Source: an uncultured virus (IMG/VR IMGVR_UViG_3300021598_001639) (Duplodnaviria; Heunggongvirae; Uroviricota; Caudoviricetes). From it: a stretch of DNA of 64,000 nt. The translations under genes and the position numbers were made by a program. The DNA lies in IMG/VR virus record IMGVR_UViG_3300021598_001639; one strand, given 5' to 3'. Positions 20,637 to 32,040 of this stretch are shown here, piece by piece (the first letter of the stretch is position 1; every line of letters starts with the position of its first letter). Below the pieces are notes generated by a model. The model was not told the DNA's origin, ran no database searches, and saw only the letters and a list, made by a program, of their open reading frames with translations.

Positions 20637-23600
20637 TAGTTTATTCCTAATTTTCTTCTAGCGGCTGGCGAATAACGAATTGCATCATAAACTGAGTTTT
20701 TAGCTGTTTCTACTGTTTGTTCAATAGCTTGTTTAAATACTTCTTCAGTCACAAAGTTTTGCCCATTAAAGGCAGTGGATGCGTAGTTTAACTCTATTTT
20801 AGGTAAACTAAGATTCTCGCTTTGACCCATAAACTCTGCAATAGCTTTTTCAGACTCAGATTTGGGTTCAGGTAACATAGCACTTTTACCTCTAAATCTT
20901 TCACTAGATGGTATATCGTCCAAACCTAAATTTTGAGGTGATTGTATGTCAGCTAATTGTAAATAACCAGCATTTAAAGCATTTAGCTTACCTTCACCAC
21001 CAAGATAGGACATTCCTTTATTTGTTATTACACCCTCTCCCGGTGTTAACATTGCCGGTATAGTATCTGAGTTACCAAACCCTCCCACTAAACCTCCAGA
21101 ATTATATCTTTTTGGTCTTTGGTTACCACCAAATAATGAAGTTATGAAAGGTAAAGAAGTCATTAACAATCCTAATATACCTTCTACCCCGCCCATACCT
21201 CCTAACAATTGGCTGAAAAAGCCCCCACCACTACCGGCTCCTGTGGCTTTTGTCAAAGGTTCTAAGATATTCATAGGCATTTGGAATTGAGGAGTTGACC
21301 CAAAAGTAAAAGGACTACCCAGATTAAAGTCAGATTTTAATCCTAAAGGAGATGGTTGACCGTTAAAGGATGAAAATTCTGAAATATTTTGAAGATTCAA
21401 ATTGTCACCAAACCCTAAACTATAATTAGGCTTACTAAAACCTAAATCTATACCCAAGTCTGATATACCCGAAGCAACTATAGCTTCTTGTGGCTTAAAG
21501 AAACTTGATGTTGAACCTTGGTATGTACCATTTTGTAAATCTTTTTCCATTTGTAAATACTCTGTTTGCCTTTGCTGTTTCATCATGTCTCGCCACTGAT
21601 GATTCTCTGGATACATATCCAGTTGCTCTTTTACTGTATGACTTGTAGGGGTGTTGATAGGGGCGGGGGTGTTGATAGGGGCTGGAGTAAGAGGTGTTGT
21701 AGGAGTCTCAGGATTTTTAGGGATAGCAGGCGTATCTTTATCATGTCCGTCACAAACAGGAACACACACAGGCGTAGATTCTTGACCATTAGGCATAGCT
21801 GTCGTTTCTGGCTTTTTCCCCTGTGCTACAGAATTATCTTTGTTCTCTGTTTTAGCTTTAGATTTATTTTTATCCTTTGACGAATCATTAGATAGTCTTT
21901 TTATTTCATCAGACAAATTATTTATGCCGTCTCGAACATCACTTAAAATATCCCTAGAAGTTAATAAGGTGTTTTTAATTTTTTCTTGGATTGAAGTCTG
22001 AACACCTATATTGATAGCCATACCTTGTTCCCCATTAGCTGAGTTGACGGCTATAAGTTTAGCTAATTCCCCATCGCCTACGTTTTCATTAAGGGTTTCG
22101 CTAAATTTTTTGAATATGCTTTCTGCGGATTTACCAGCTTCTTCAATATTAGCAACTTCCAAAATACTTGTACGCATTCTAGCATTAAGTTCTTTCAGAT
22201 TCTCTTGTTGTTTAGCGTCTAAAGCCATAATTTCAGCAAAAGTCTTTTCTCGGTTAATGCTGTTTTCAGGGTTTTCCATTGCTGGTTTCCCAAATTCTAA
22301 ACCTTTTAATTGTGAGTAGTTAGGGCTTACAGCGTCTTTAATACCTTTGTCATCCCGTTTAGTTAACGCATCCTTAAAAGGGGCTATCATCAAATCTTTC
22401 AGATAATTCCATCCAATTTTACCTAATTCTTTAAGTAAATTATCTGAAAACGATTTCATTTTTTGCTCAAAAGTTTTACTAGAATCCGTTAATATATCAT
22501 AGAGTCCTGTAAAAGCACCGTCAACGACTTCTGCGATTTGAGAGTTGATTCTATACAAATCATCTAATTCAGTGGCAGATTTTTCCATTGCCACTTTTAA
22601 TTTATTGTACGCCGCATTTTTAGTATTGGCTAACTCTGTGTCAATACCTACTATTTTTGATTGAATTTCTGCGTATCTTAAAGCCGCTTCTTGTTGTCCT
22701 TCAGGAGTCGAGAAAGCTCCCGATACCGCTCTTTGTTCTAAAGCTTCTTTAGCTTTTTGTTCTTCTAATCTTCTAGAATTAGCATTTAATGTAGCACTTA
22801 ATATGCTTTTTTCATATTCTATTTGGGCATTTTTAAGCTCTAATTCAGCACCAGCCCTTCTACTATTTCTGCTTTGACCCATTTTTAGGATTTCTATACG
22901 AGCATTATTAGCCTCGATTTGCGCTTGATTGTAACCAATTGCGTTATTCCCTACTGACTTATTAAAGTCATCAGTCGCTTTTTCCACTCTATACTTTCTT
23001 TCAATCTCCAAAAGCATTTCTAATGCTTTCTTTTGTTGTTCTAAGTATAATTTGGATTGTTCTAGGTTGTCTTTACTTACTAAAGATAATTCCCCAAACA
23101 CTTCTGTCACAGTAGATAATTGAGAAGTCATTAGCTTGATTCTTAACTCTAAATCAGCAACACTTTTGTCATAGCCTTCTTGTTTCTTTTCAAAATCTAA
23201 AATATCATCGGCTACTTGGGAAAATCCTCGTCCCAATTCTCTTGTTTCTTTGAAAATTTCTAAGAAACTTTCAAAAAAGGTTAAATTAGCTTTTATTCTA
23301 GACATATCTAAAATATTTTGAGCATCTAATTTTAACCCTTCAATTTTTGCCTGATTAACACGAATTGAGGCTTCACCAAAGGCAACTTTTTGACTGAAAA
23401 ACTCATCTGGAAAATATTGCCCTAATGCCTTATTAAGTCCTACCTGTCTTCGGATTCCAGAAGTTTCTTGTTGTAATCCTAATTGTTCTTCTTTGTTTTT
23501 AAAGATACTAGAACTTACATCATTAGCTAAACCTAATAATTTAGTGACAGAACCTCCAATGCCTAGCATTCCTACTGCTTCTTCTGCTCTTCGTGTAGCA

Positions 23601-26600
23601 TTCTCAGATAAATTTTGAAAAAACCCGTTTAACTCACGAACCATTGAGTTAACCACATCCTGTAAAGCTTCTTTCAACAATTTAGGAATCGAATTAAAGA
23701 TTTTTTCTAATCCTCCCAAAGCCTTAGCGTCTTGTTGCGTAAATTCTCTAGGACTTATAGCTTGAATAACTTTTAAAGTTTGCATCTGTTGGGCTAATTG
23801 AAGTCCTTGTGTCTTTACAGCATCAAACATTTGATTTGCCTGATTCATTGCTGGAGAACTTGCCCCTAGCGTGTTTCCTAAATTAGAAAGGGTTCCTGTC
23901 GCTTGTTGTATGCCTGACGCTATTGCATTTTTAACCTGTAACGTTAAATTTTCTTGAACTAGCCCACTTTGCTTAAGAATCTCAGCTTTTTCTTGGTTCT
24001 TAAGGTTTATATCATCTACTTGCTGTTTAATAATCTCAGCAGATAAAGCATTTACCTCTTTATCTGGTGAACCTTTAGGAACAAAAACTGGTTGACCAGT
24101 ACCACCATAATTTTCTTGAATGCCCCCTCCAATTTGAGGATTAACATCTTTATATTTGGTTGTTAAATTATTTTTGTTATCAGTAAAATATTGGTCAATT
24201 CCTTGTAATCTTGCTCTATTACTCAATAAGGTGTTTTCTGCTTGTGCTAAAATCCCAAAAAAGGATTCTAAATTACTATTGACTTGTCCTTTATAGGCAG
24301 TCGCTAAAGTGTAAGACTGTCTCTCAAGCTCAAAACCTTTTTGACGTAATTGCAAAATCTGATTTTCTTGTTCTATTCTTGTTTTATGAGTATCATCAAT
24401 CAGTTTACGGTATTTATCTAAATCAACAGTTACACCTTCAGCTACTGCACTTTTTTTATCTAATTTTTTAGGTTGGTCAATTTGACCCTCTTGAGTTATG
24501 GCTCTTAAATTTTCATTTATCGTTAATCTATCAGTTTCAGATGTATTTTTATTGTTTACAATTTCTAACTGTTTAGTGACAAATTGCTCTAAGAAAGAGG
24601 TAAAATCGCCTACCATCTCCCCACTTTCTAATTGCTTCTTAATTCTATCCCAAGCTGGCTTGAGTTTTCCCTTTTGTTTAGCGGCTTGTTCTAACTCATT
24701 AATGGTAAATTGGGTATATTCATTAGCAGTTCTTGCTATATCTGCACCCTTTTCAGTTCTATCTAATGTGGCTAAAAGTTGTTGTTGAGTTAATAATGGA
24801 GCTTCTCCTTTTGTACCTTTAACAGCACCTGTAGACAAATTTACTAATGCTTGTATGTTTTTTATATCTTTGTTTTCTTTGGCTGTTTGAGCCAAAGCTT
24901 GAGCGGCATTTGCACCTTCTTTACCAGATGCCGTTCTTATTAACGCATTTAATCTTTCTCTATTTTCCATTAAAGCACTAGCAGTAAGTGCGTTTTTATC
25001 AATATCTGTTACTCTAGCTGTGTCTTCATTAAACATAGCTGTTGCTCCAAATAATTCTTTAGCTCTTAAATCTTGAGCATCATTAATGGCTTTCTTTCTA
25101 CTCTCCAAATCCTTGTAGGTGGATGTCAGTGTCTCCATCTGCTTCTGGGGTAAAAATGAACCTAAACCTGCGGTAGTTGGGTCTACTGTGGGAACTGGTT
25201 TTTTTCCTCTTGGGGCTAAAATAGCTCCTAGATTTTTTGCATCATCCGAACCTTCTTTAACATCTACCGGTTCAAATCTATTATCTTTCAATTTTAAGAC
25301 CAAACTTTGGTCTTTACCAGTACCTCCGGATATAAAATAATCTGTCTTATCTTGCCCCTGTACTTTTCTAAACCCTTGTTGTATTACGGACAATCTTTCT
25401 TCTTGACTAGCCCCTTCTAAATCCTTAAAGGTTTCTGCCCTTGTATCTTTATTCCAGCCATCTTTTGATAATCTTTCTCTACCAGTTTTAATAACAAATC
25501 TGTTTACACCATTAGCTTGAATTGCGGCTTCTAGTTCTGCGGCTTCCCTCTCGGACACTTTCTGAATAGCATTAGAATCTTTAACTGTTAAATTTCCAAT
25601 TTTTCCTGTTTCTACTGCATAATTAAAGACTCTTTCACTTGTACCTCCTATTTCACCTCTAGTTCTTAATGCTTCTGCTTCACTTCTTACTTCAGCATCA
25701 ACACCTAATACTCTCAGTCCCCCTCCTGATTCATTTATTAAGGGAATTAGACCTTTCAGCACTTGAAAGAGTCCTTCTAACCCGCCCACAAAATCAGCCA
25801 ATAAGTTATTTAAATTTTCAAACATATTGGTTACATTGTCACCAGTTTCGAGAAAATTTAAACTTCTATCTAGCCAACTTTCAAACATTTTGCCCAAGTT
25901 ACCAGCAGTTTGAATAATTCCATCTACAAATTGGTCTAGTAACTTATTGTCACCTAAATTACCAAAAGCCTTACCAATTCTCTCAGACATTCTTTCAATC
26001 GCTCCAGCAAACTTTTCAACATTATCAGTTAAAGCATCTGCCGCTTGTCTCATGAATAAAACAAATTGGGTAAACCCCGGTGCTAATTTACTACCAAACA
26101 AAGTTGTGATGTTTTCAATCGATGATTCCACAAGGTCTAAAGCACCTTTTAAACCTGATTGTCTCATTTTTACAAAATCTTCCATCAACCCTGTACCGTC
26201 AGGATTTTTTTGGTTGAATTTCTCAAATTCTTCTTTTTGCTTTTGTAACCCTTCCCTTCCTTGTAACGTCAAATTTCGATAACCAATTGTGAAAGTATCC
26301 CCTCCACCCATCAAGGCTCCTACGAGTTGACTTCTCAGATTGGCTTGACCTTGTAAGTTTAAAGTCTCGTAATATTTGGCATTTAAGTTACCCATGCCCG
26401 CAACTTGACTTGCTTCGCCTCTTTTAATGATGGTTTCAGCTACGGTATCTAAATAAGCTAATTTAGCGTTAAAGTCACCGGGTTCTCTCAATGAACTAGC
26501 TAAATCCCCGTCAAAATATTTTGAAAAAGTTCCATAAAGTTGTCTATTTGTTTGATTCGGGTTATTTAGTCCATTGTACAGATTTTTTAACAAAGTACCA

Positions 26601-28432
26601 GCAACTTCAGGCGTGGACATATTAAACATCGTGGCGTAACCTTGCATTACGTCTCTTAATTGTATTCCCGCCACAGATGCCGCAGATAGTGAATCTTGTG
26701 TCGCAAATTTAAATCTACGAAATTCCGCAGGGGTCGATAACCCTAATGCCGCTAATTCTCTTACAGCCGTTGAAGGACTTGTACCAGGAAAAGAAGTCAT
26801 TATTTGTTTTAATAAGATAGCTACCTCTTTTAACTCTTCACCCGGTAGCCCCATAGCTTCCCCTAAACCCATACCTTGATATAGTATCCCTCTTTTAATC
26901 TCCTCTCTCGTTGCTCCCCCTACTATATCTTTTAAATCTAAACCAGCTTTTACCATTTGTTGCACTAATTCCGCAGTTTCTATTCTACTATACGAATAGT
27001 CTGTTCCCGCAACTGTAATAGCTTTTTGCGCTCCTTCAAAATTTTGGCGAAATTCAGGACTATCTTGCCTGAAACCAGACTTACGCCCAGTCACAAACGT
27101 CGCCATATTCAATCTTCTTTCTTCTTCACCATAATCCATCATCCCCTTGACTGTTGTGGACATAAATCCCCCAATAGTCCCTTTGATGATTTCCATACGA
27201 CTATTTAACGCAAACATTAAAGAATTGGAGATTGCTTCGCCCACTATTGACCCAACAGCAGTTCCCAATACTCCTAATGCCGCCCCACCTAATGCACCAC
27301 CTATAGCCGACCCAAATCCCCCACTAAAACCATTAGCCGCTTTACCCCCAGCCTGATACATATCTTTTTCAATCTGTTCACTGGCTTTTGCTGTTGATTC
27401 TCTTATTCCTTGTATTGTTTGTGTTGCTTGCTCTCTTACGTTCTGGGCTAATCCAAACAGTCTATCTGCTTCATCATTATTAGCCCCTAATACTTGTAAT
27501 TTTTTTGCTTGTTGTGCTAGACTATTGGCTGTTCTCTCTATTTGTTTTTCATACTTTTTAATGGATTCCTCTACTCCTTTCGACATTACTGCTAATGCCT
27601 CTTTAGTTCCTTCCACCCCTTGTGTTTCTAGAATTTTTCCTGCTTTTTCATAAGCTTTTTCTATCTGGTTTCTAAATTTATTTCCTGCTTCTTCTAAATT
27701 CTTATCAGCTATGCTATTGCTTAATTGCAGATTTTTTAATTGCCCATTAACGGTCTTTTCTAATTCCATTCCCGCTTGAACTATTGTGCTTCTTAATTCT
27801 TTAAAGCTGTCTGCGGCATTTTGACCATTAACTCCTAATAGTAATGCCTGTTTTTGTAAATTTTGAAGTGAAGAATCTATTTGATTTAGATTCATTGCAT
27901 CAAATGTTTTAGCTATTTCTCTTGTTTTATTTGCTAACGATGCCGCTTCTCTCGTATTACCTGTCCTAGCATTGTTGATTAAGTTTTGTGCTATTATTTC
28001 CGCTTGTTGTTTTGCCGCTTGTTTAGCGTTTTCTAATGCTAATTTTCCTTCTGCTTCTAAAGTTTGCATCGTTTGACGCATAGCCCCTAATGTTTGTTTA
28101 GAACTATTTGCTAACTCAGCATTAGCTTCAAGTGCCGCAGTTTTCATGTTTTTTAACGCATCACTTGAAGCCTTATCCAATTGTTTAAAATTTACAACCA
28201 TTCCACTGATTGTTTTATCTATCTTCCCCCCTAGTGCATCCCCTCCTTCTCTCCCTAATTTTCCAAAAGCATCACCCATCATCGACGATACTCGCTCATT
28301 GAACATAAATGCTATACGATTCGCTGAACCTTCTAGCATATTTTCAAATTTTAACAATGTATTCTCCGCAGGCTTTGTATTTAAGCCTATTGACACCATT
28401 AAAGAACTGACATTGTAAGTATCTTGATTCAT
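20636..28432 (-). CDS. Tape measure protein (2598 aa)
   Basis: Helical A/G/Q-rich, TMP core (YSRIETAELVQQMVKAG), C-terminal RYNSGGLVGGFGNSDTIPAMLTPGEGV. Confidence 0.92.
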   Translation of the reverse strand: MNQDTYNVSSLMVSIGLNTKPAENTLLKFENMLEGSANRIAFMFNERVSSMMGDAFGKLGREGGDALGGKIDKTISGMVVNFKQLDKASSDALKNMKTAALEANAELANSSKQTLGAMRQTMQTLEAEGKLALENAKQAAKQQAEIIAQNLINNARTGNTREAASLANKTREIAKTFDAMNLNQIDSSLQNLQKQALLLGVNGQNAADSFKELRSTIVQAGMELEKTVNGQLKNLQLSNSIADKNLEEAGNKFRNQIEKAYEKAGKILETQGVEGTKEALAVMSKGVEESIKKYEKQIERTANSLAQQAKKLQVLGANNDEADRLFGLAQNVREQATQTIQGIRESTAKASEQIEKDMYQAGGKAANGFSGGFGSAIGGALGGAALGVLGTAVGSIVGEAISNSLMFALNSRMEIIKGTIGGFMSTTVKGMMDYGEEERRLNMATFVTGRKSGFRQDSPEFRQNFEGAQKAITVAGTDYSYSRIETAELVQQMVKAGLDLKDIVGGATREEIKRGILYQGMGLGEAMGLPGEELKEVAILLKQIMTSFPGTSPSTAVRELAALGLSTPAEFRRFKFATQDSLSAASVAGIQLRDVMQGYATMFNMSTPEVAGTLLKNLYNGLNNPNQTNRQLYGTFSKYFDGDLASSLREPGDFNAKLAYLDTVAETIIKRGEASQVAGMGNLNAKYYETLNLQGQANLRSQLVGALMGGGDTFTIGYRNLTLQGREGLQKQKEEFEKFNQKNPDGTGLMEDFVKMRQSGLKGALDLVESSIENITTLFGSKLAPGFTQFVLFMRQAADALTDNVEKFAGAIERMSERIGKAFGNLGDNKLLDQFVDGIIQTAGNLGKMFESWLDRSLNFLETGDNVTNMFENLNNLLADFVGGLEGLFQVLKGLIPLINESGGGLRVLGVDAEVRSEAEALRTRGEIGGTSERVFNYAVETGKIGNLTVKDSNAIQKVSEREAAELEAAIQANGVNRFVIKTGRERLSKDGWNKDTRAETFKDLEGASQEERLSVIQQGFRKVQGQDKTDYFISGGTGKDQSLVLKLKDNRFEPVDVKEGSDDAKNLGAILAPRGKKPVPTVDPTTAGLGSFLPQKQMETLTSTYKDLESRKKAINDAQDLRAKELFGATAMFNEDTARVTDIDKNALTASALMENRERLNALIRTASGKEGANAAQALAQTAKENKDIKNIQALVNLSTGAVKGTKGEAPLLTQQQLLATLDRTEKGADIARTANEYTQFTINELEQAAKQKGKLKPAWDRIKKQLESGEMVGDFTSFLEQFVTKQLEIVNNKNTSETDRLTINENLRAITQEGQIDQPKKLDKKSAVAEGVTVDLDKYRKLIDDTHKTRIEQENQILQLRQKGFELERQSYTLATAYKGQVNSNLESFFGILAQAENTLLSNRARLQGIDQYFTDNKNNLTTKYKDVNPQIGGGIQENYGGTGQPVFVPKGSPDKEVNALSAEIIKQQVDDINLKNQEKAEILKQSGLVQENLTLQVKNAIASGIQQATGTLSNLGNTLGASSPAMNQANQMFDAVKTQGLQLAQQMQTLKVIQAISPREFTQQDAKALGGLEKIFNSIPKLLKEALQDVVNSMVRELNGFFQNLSENATRRAEEAVGMLGIGGSVTKLLGLANDVSSSIFKNKEEQLGLQQETSGIRRQVGLNKALGQYFPDEFFSQKVAFGEASIRVNQAKIEGLKLDAQNILDMSRIKANLTFFESFLEIFKETRELGRGFSQVADDILDFEKKQEGYDKSVADLELRIKLMTSQLSTVTEVFGELSLVSKDNLEQSKLYLEQQKKALEMLLEIERKYRVEKATDDFNKSVGNNAIGYNQAQIEANNARIEILKMGQSRNSRRAGAELELKNAQIEYEKSILSATLNANSRRLEEQKAKEALEQRAVSGAFSTPEGQQEAALRYAEIQSKIVGIDTELANTKNAAYNKLKVAMEKSATELDDLYRINSQIAEVVDGAFTGLYDILTDSSKTFEQKMKSFSDNLLKELGKIGWNYLKDLMIAPFKDALTKRDDKGIKDAVSPNYSQLKGLEFGKPAMENPENSINREKTFAEIMALDAKQQENLKELNARMRTSILEVANIEEAGKSAESIFKKFSETLNENVGDGELAKLIAVNSANGEQGMAINIGVQTSIQEKIKNTLLTSRDILSDVRDGINNLSDEIKRLSNDSSKDKNKSKAKTENKDNSVAQGKKPETTAMPNGQESTPVCVPVCDGHDKDTPAIPKNPETPTTPLTPAPINTPAPINTPTSHTVKEQLDMYPENHQWRDMMKQQRQTEYLQMEKDLQNGTYQGSTSSFFKPQEAIVASGISDLGIDLGFSKPNYSLGFGDNLNLQNISEFSSFNGQPSPLGLKSDFNLGSPFTFGSTPQFQMPMNILEPLTKATGAGSGGGFFSQLLGGMGGVEGILGLLMTSLPFITSLFGGNQRPKRYNSGGLVGGFGNSDTIPAMLTPGEGVITNKGMSYLGGEGKLNALNAGYLQLADIQSPQNLGLDDIPSSERFRGKSAMLPEPKSESEKAIAEFMGQSENLSLPKIELNYASTAFNGQNFVTEEVFKQAIEQTVETAKNSVYDAIRYSPAARRKLGIN

Positions 28433-28536
28433 TTTTTTTTATCTTTATTTTTGCTTCTATTCAAGAGATGGGCGTTGCTTAAATTCAAATCTTGTGATAT
28501 AATTAGTTCACACTACCTTTTCTAACTTACCTTATC

Positions 28537-29046
28537 ATGCAACACTTAAATTTAACCCACCAACAACAAATCAAAGCTTTTTATAGCAATCAAACTTTGA
28601 GTCTGATTCAATCACAATTGCAAGCCATTAAACGTGCTATGTCTGACTGTGATGTATCTGGTGAAGATTATATGCAAGAAGGTATTCTTGTCGTTTTGAA
28701 AAAATTGAAAACTTGGAATCCCTCTAAAGGTTCCCTAACCACCCACTGTTGGCTAGATTTGCGATGTAAATTTAATCGGTTAAAACACCGTCAGACTCAG
28801 CAATATTTTCTTTCTAATTCTCTGAAATTTTCCACCTTTTCTACTGATTCTGAAGAACACAGGCTAATTTTGGCTAGTTTCTTAGAATCCTTAACACCGA
28901 TAGAAAAACAGATTGTTGCTTTGCGATGGTCGAGAAATAGTAATTATCCACTAATTTGCTCTGAACTGAAAATATCCTTGCAAAAACTGAAAAATCATGT
29001 TAAGATGATAAAAGATAAATTGACCTTAGCAGGATTTCACCCCTAA
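28537..29046 (+). CDS. Phage sigma70-family sigma factor (regions 2 and 4), probable late sigma
   Basis: EDYMQEGILVVLKKLKTWNPSKGSLTTHCW (region 2); LESLTPIEKQIVALRW...ICSELKIS (region 4). Confidence 0.82.
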   Translation: MQHLNLTHQQQIKAFYSNQTLSLIQSQLQAIKRAMSDCDVSGEDYMQEGILVVLKKLKTWNPSKGSLTTHCWLDLRCKFNRLKHRQTQQYFLSNSLKFSTFSTDSEEHRLILASFLESLTPIEKQIVALRWSRNSNYPLICSELKISLQKLKNHVKMIKDKLTLAGFHP

Positions 29047-29990
29047 TGACTACTACTCTTAAAGCCTTGGTAATAGCTCAAACTTTCAATCACCGTACAA
29101 AGTCGACTATAACCACTTTTCAAATCACCATGCCACGTTTTGTTTTGGCTCAATTGAACAAACATCGCATTTTGTCTTCTAATACAGAATCTAATCGTGC
29201 TGTTCCTATTGCTAAAAAAGACGCAAAACTTCTTGCTAACCCTTATTTTCCCCTCTCTTGGGGTACTAACCAAAAAGGAATGCAGTCTGGTGTACCATTA
29301 CAGGGCTTCAAGCACTATTTGGCTAACTTGATTTGGTTTTTATCTTTGCATTCTCAGCGAATTTACGGTAATCTATTACATCGACTAGGTGTACATAAAG
29401 AAATTGTCAATCGCTTAACCGAACCTTTCCAATTAGTTGATATTGTTATTACTGGTACTCAATGGGAAAACTTTTTCAATCTACGGACTAATATCGCCGC
29501 TCAACCTGAAATTCGAGAAATAGCCTTATTAATGAAAAAAGCTATTACTGAGTTTCCAGATTTAAAAATTACTTCTGACGAGGTTTTTCTTCATCTTCCC
29601 TATGTCCATCCTGAAGAAAAAGAAAAATACGAAGACGACTTTTTGGTATTATTTGCCATCTCTAGTGCAAGATGTGCCAGAGTTTCGTACTTAAACCACA
29701 CTGGTAATTCAAACGTTACCGCAGATGTTAAACTTTTTCTCAGCTTAGTTAAAAGCGGTCATTGGTCTGCACTTGAACACTGTGCGATAGCTTCTAATCA
29801 GTTTGCCCTTTTTGGTAACTTTATTGGTTGGATTCCAGTTCGTAAATTGTTTGAGGGAGAATCTGGCGATTCGGCTATGGATAATATTCCCTATCTTAAC
29901 CCTAAAGAAATTAAAGAGGTTTCTTCTTTCCCCTCTTTAAGCTATTCTTCCACTTCTGATTCCTTGAGTCAACTATTTCACATTTTGTGA
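29046..29990 (+). CDS. thyX: FAD-dependent thymidylate synthase
   Basis: PRFVLAQLNKHRILSSNTESNRAVP, GVHKEIVNRLTEP, WENFFNLR..AQPEIR, SARCARVSY, GHWSALEH. Confidence 0.9.
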   Translation: MTTTLKALVIAQTFNHRTKSTITTFQITMPRFVLAQLNKHRILSSNTESNRAVPIAKKDAKLLANPYFPLSWGTNQKGMQSGVPLQGFKHYLANLIWFLSLHSQRIYGNLLHRLGVHKEIVNRLTEPFQLVDIVITGTQWENFFNLRTNIAAQPEIREIALLMKKAITEFPDLKITSDEVFLHLPYVHPEEKEKYEDDFLVLFAISSARCARVSYLNHTGNSNVTADVKLFLSLVKSGHWSALEHCAIASNQFALFGNFIGWIPVRKLFEGESGDSAMDNIPYLNPKEIKEVSSFPSLSYSSTSDSLSQLFHIL

Positions 29991-29998
29991 TTCGTAGT

Positions 29999-30361
29999 TC
30001 AAGGAAAACTGACAAAGGAAAATCCCAGCCCACCGCCTTTAAAAGGGTTATATCGTACATCTAATGCCGTTTGGTGGGCTAATTCTTTTAATCGTCTCGT
30101 CCCTTCTCTTTTTAGTCCATCTATGATACTTTGATATTGCAATTTAATACCTTCAACTTCTACAACATAAAGTTTTTCTACATATTGTTGAATTTTTTCA
30201 TCAATCTCATCTATTGTATCAACAAGTGAAATCACTCTATCGTATCTGATTTCGTCTTGAATTTTTTCAAGCGCAATCATTATATCTTGTTCGTATTTGG
30301 GGAACTCTTCGTATCCTAACACTAATCTAATTCTTGATACTTCTTCGGGACTAAATAACAT
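29999..30361 (-). CDS. Head-tail adaptor-like protein
   Basis: FSPEEVSRIRLVLGY..VEGIKLQY; downstream of capsid gene, late motif upstream. Confidence 0.5.
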   Translation of the reverse strand: MLFSPEEVSRIRLVLGYEEFPKYEQDIMIALEKIQDEIRYDRVISLVDTIDEIDEKIQQYVEKLYVVEVEGIKLQYQSIIDGLKREGTRRLKELAHQTALDVRYNPFKGGGLGFSFVSFP

Positions 30362-30464
30362 TTTTTTATTAACTAACTCTATCTGTTTTTTGAGCGAAAC
30401 TCCTTGACAAACCTTTTAATCCTTGCTAAAATGGGAATAACACCTAGAAAGAGGAAATATCCCT

Positions 30465-30674
30465 TTGTCTCTAAATAAACTAAAAAGCTTAAACAGAATA
30501 AAAGACTTTCTTGATGGGAAAATTCAAGAAATAGATGCCAAATTGACTCTACCTAATAGTCAATTTAAACAAAATAGCTTGTTAATTCAAAGAAAGATTC
30601 TTCAAAGCTTCAAAACAAGCACACTCCATAATCTAAAAATGCTAGAAAAAGGAAAAAATTATGACTTTAAATAG
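30465..30674 (+). CDS. Small coiled-coil protein, paralogue of 30661-30939
   Basis: LNRIKDFLDGKIQEIDAKL vs LTKIKNFLDKKILEVEAEL; promoter TTGACA 30404. Confidence 0.55.
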   Translation: MSLNKLKSLNRIKDFLDGKIQEIDAKLTLPNSQFKQNSLLIQRKILQSFKTSTLHNLKMLEKGKNYDFK

Positions 30675-30939
30675 TTCACAAGGCTTAACTAAAATAAAAA
30701 ATTTCTTGGATAAAAAGATATTGGAAGTTGAAGCAGAATTAAACAATTCTGATTCTTTATTCAAGAAAGAAATACTTATCTTGAAACGTCATGCTCTTGA
30801 GATACTCAAAATACGCACCTCTAACAATTTGAAACTTTTAAATATGTTAGAAACTCAATTTCTAAAAAATGTGCAAGATTTGACTGAATCATTAGTCGAC
30901 ACTTTTCGTTTTGACCCTGACGATTTTGATGTAGATTAA
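30661..30939 (+). CDS. Small coiled-coil protein
   Basis: Paralogue of the preceding ORF. Confidence 0.6.
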   Translation: MTLNSSQGLTKIKNFLDKKILEVEAELNNSDSLFKKEILILKRHALEILKIRTSNNLKLLNMLETQFLKNVQDLTESLVDTFRFDPDDFDVD

Positions 30940-30942
30940 AAC

Positions 30943-30975
30943 AAAAAAAGCAGGCATACAGTCCTGCTTTAATTT
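30943..30975. terminator. Bidirectional intrinsic terminator
   Basis: AAAAAAGCAGG-catacagt-CCTGCTTT between convergent genes. Confidence 0.75.
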
Positions 30976-30993
30976 TTGGAATTAGAGTTAAAT

Positions 30994-32040
30994 CTAACCT
31001 ACCTTAATGTTTTTAATAACCCCTACATTCTTACGAGTAGTCAACTGTAATTGAGGAATACAACCAACTACAAAGTTATCAACATACAAGGAAGTTTGGG
31101 CTAACTGACGCATTAAGGTATATACCCCATTGGCAGAAAAAGCACCAACTACAGGAGTAGAATAGAAGCGTAAATCGTCTTTTTTCAGAAAATACATTAC
31201 ACCTTCATCTACCGCAGTTCCTAATGCAGTAGTGATAGCCGATTCTGCGGCAGTCCGAGTACGAGAACAGAATACGTCATCGATAATAGGTCTTCCCATG
31301 TACCCAGCTACATTAAATCCTAAGTCAATTAAAGGTACACGCTGACCATCAAAAGTCATGATTTGATAGCTACGATTAGATTCAAAAACTTTTTTGTACT
31401 GCTCTACCACTTTAGGAGTCGTCAAGATTAGGTCGTAAGCACCCGGTCGATAACGGATTTTACGGTCTAGCTCTAACAAAAAATCAGTTTTTAATACTTG
31501 ACGCTTATCCGTACCCGTTGCAGTAGCATCCCACGCATCTACTTCAGAGACATTCCATAACGGATAAGTTGCACTGGAAATACCAGCGTAGTCTTGTCCA
31601 GAAGCGGCAATTGATAACCCAACTAGACCACCATCTGCAATAGCTCCAGAACCATCATACAGTTTTTTGTTCAGGGTAGTCGCAATTTCTTCAACTGCAT
31701 TTCGCATTTGGGCTTCCAACAAATTACGCAATTCCTCATTGCTCACTTGTTCTTTAGACTCTTCGATTTCCTTCAGATTTAAGGTAAAAGTTGATTGAAC
31801 ACTTGCCGCACTAATGGGCAATTGAGCCGGTAACGTTGCATCCATTGAAGCCGCAGGTGCAGAACCAGTAATCGCTACTCCAGTTGCGGTAGTCCCTCCC
31901 ATTCCTACACCCCATTGGATGTTAGATTTGCGTTCGGGAAACTTGCTTAATAATCCTAAAAACGTTGCACTACGATTAATTTCTTGTGTCAATAACTCCG
32001 AAAAAACGTTATTGAGTACAGCCAAATTTAACTTTGCCAT
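30994..32040 (-). CDS. Major capsid protein (HK97 fold)
   Basis: 348 aa; LNKKLYDGSG..GLVGL, AGYMGRPIIDDVFC; between scaffold and adaptor; Mic1-like by recollection. Confidence 0.88.
   Translation of the reverse strand: MAKLNLAVLNNVFSELLTQEINRSATFLGLLSKFPERKSNIQWGVGMGGTTATGVAITGSAPAASMDATLPAQLPISAASVQSTFTLNLKEIEESKEQVSNEELRNLLEAQMRNAVEEIATTLNKKLYDGSGAIADGGLVGLSIAASGQDYAGISSATYPLWNVSEVDAWDATATGTDKRQVLKTDFLLELDRKIRYRPGAYDLILTTPKVVEQYKKVFESNRSYQIMTFDGQRVPLIDLGFNVAGYMGRPIIDDVFCSRTRTAAESAITTALGTAVDEGVMYFLKKDDLRFYSTPVVGAFSANGVYTLMRQLAQTSLYVDNFVVGCIPQLQLTTRKNVGVIKNIKVG

Noticed and set aside
19903..28418. Plus-strand ORFs inside the tape measure and tail genes (and similar shadow ORFs elsewhere)
   Set aside because: Antisense to well-supported genes, with no RBS or motifs
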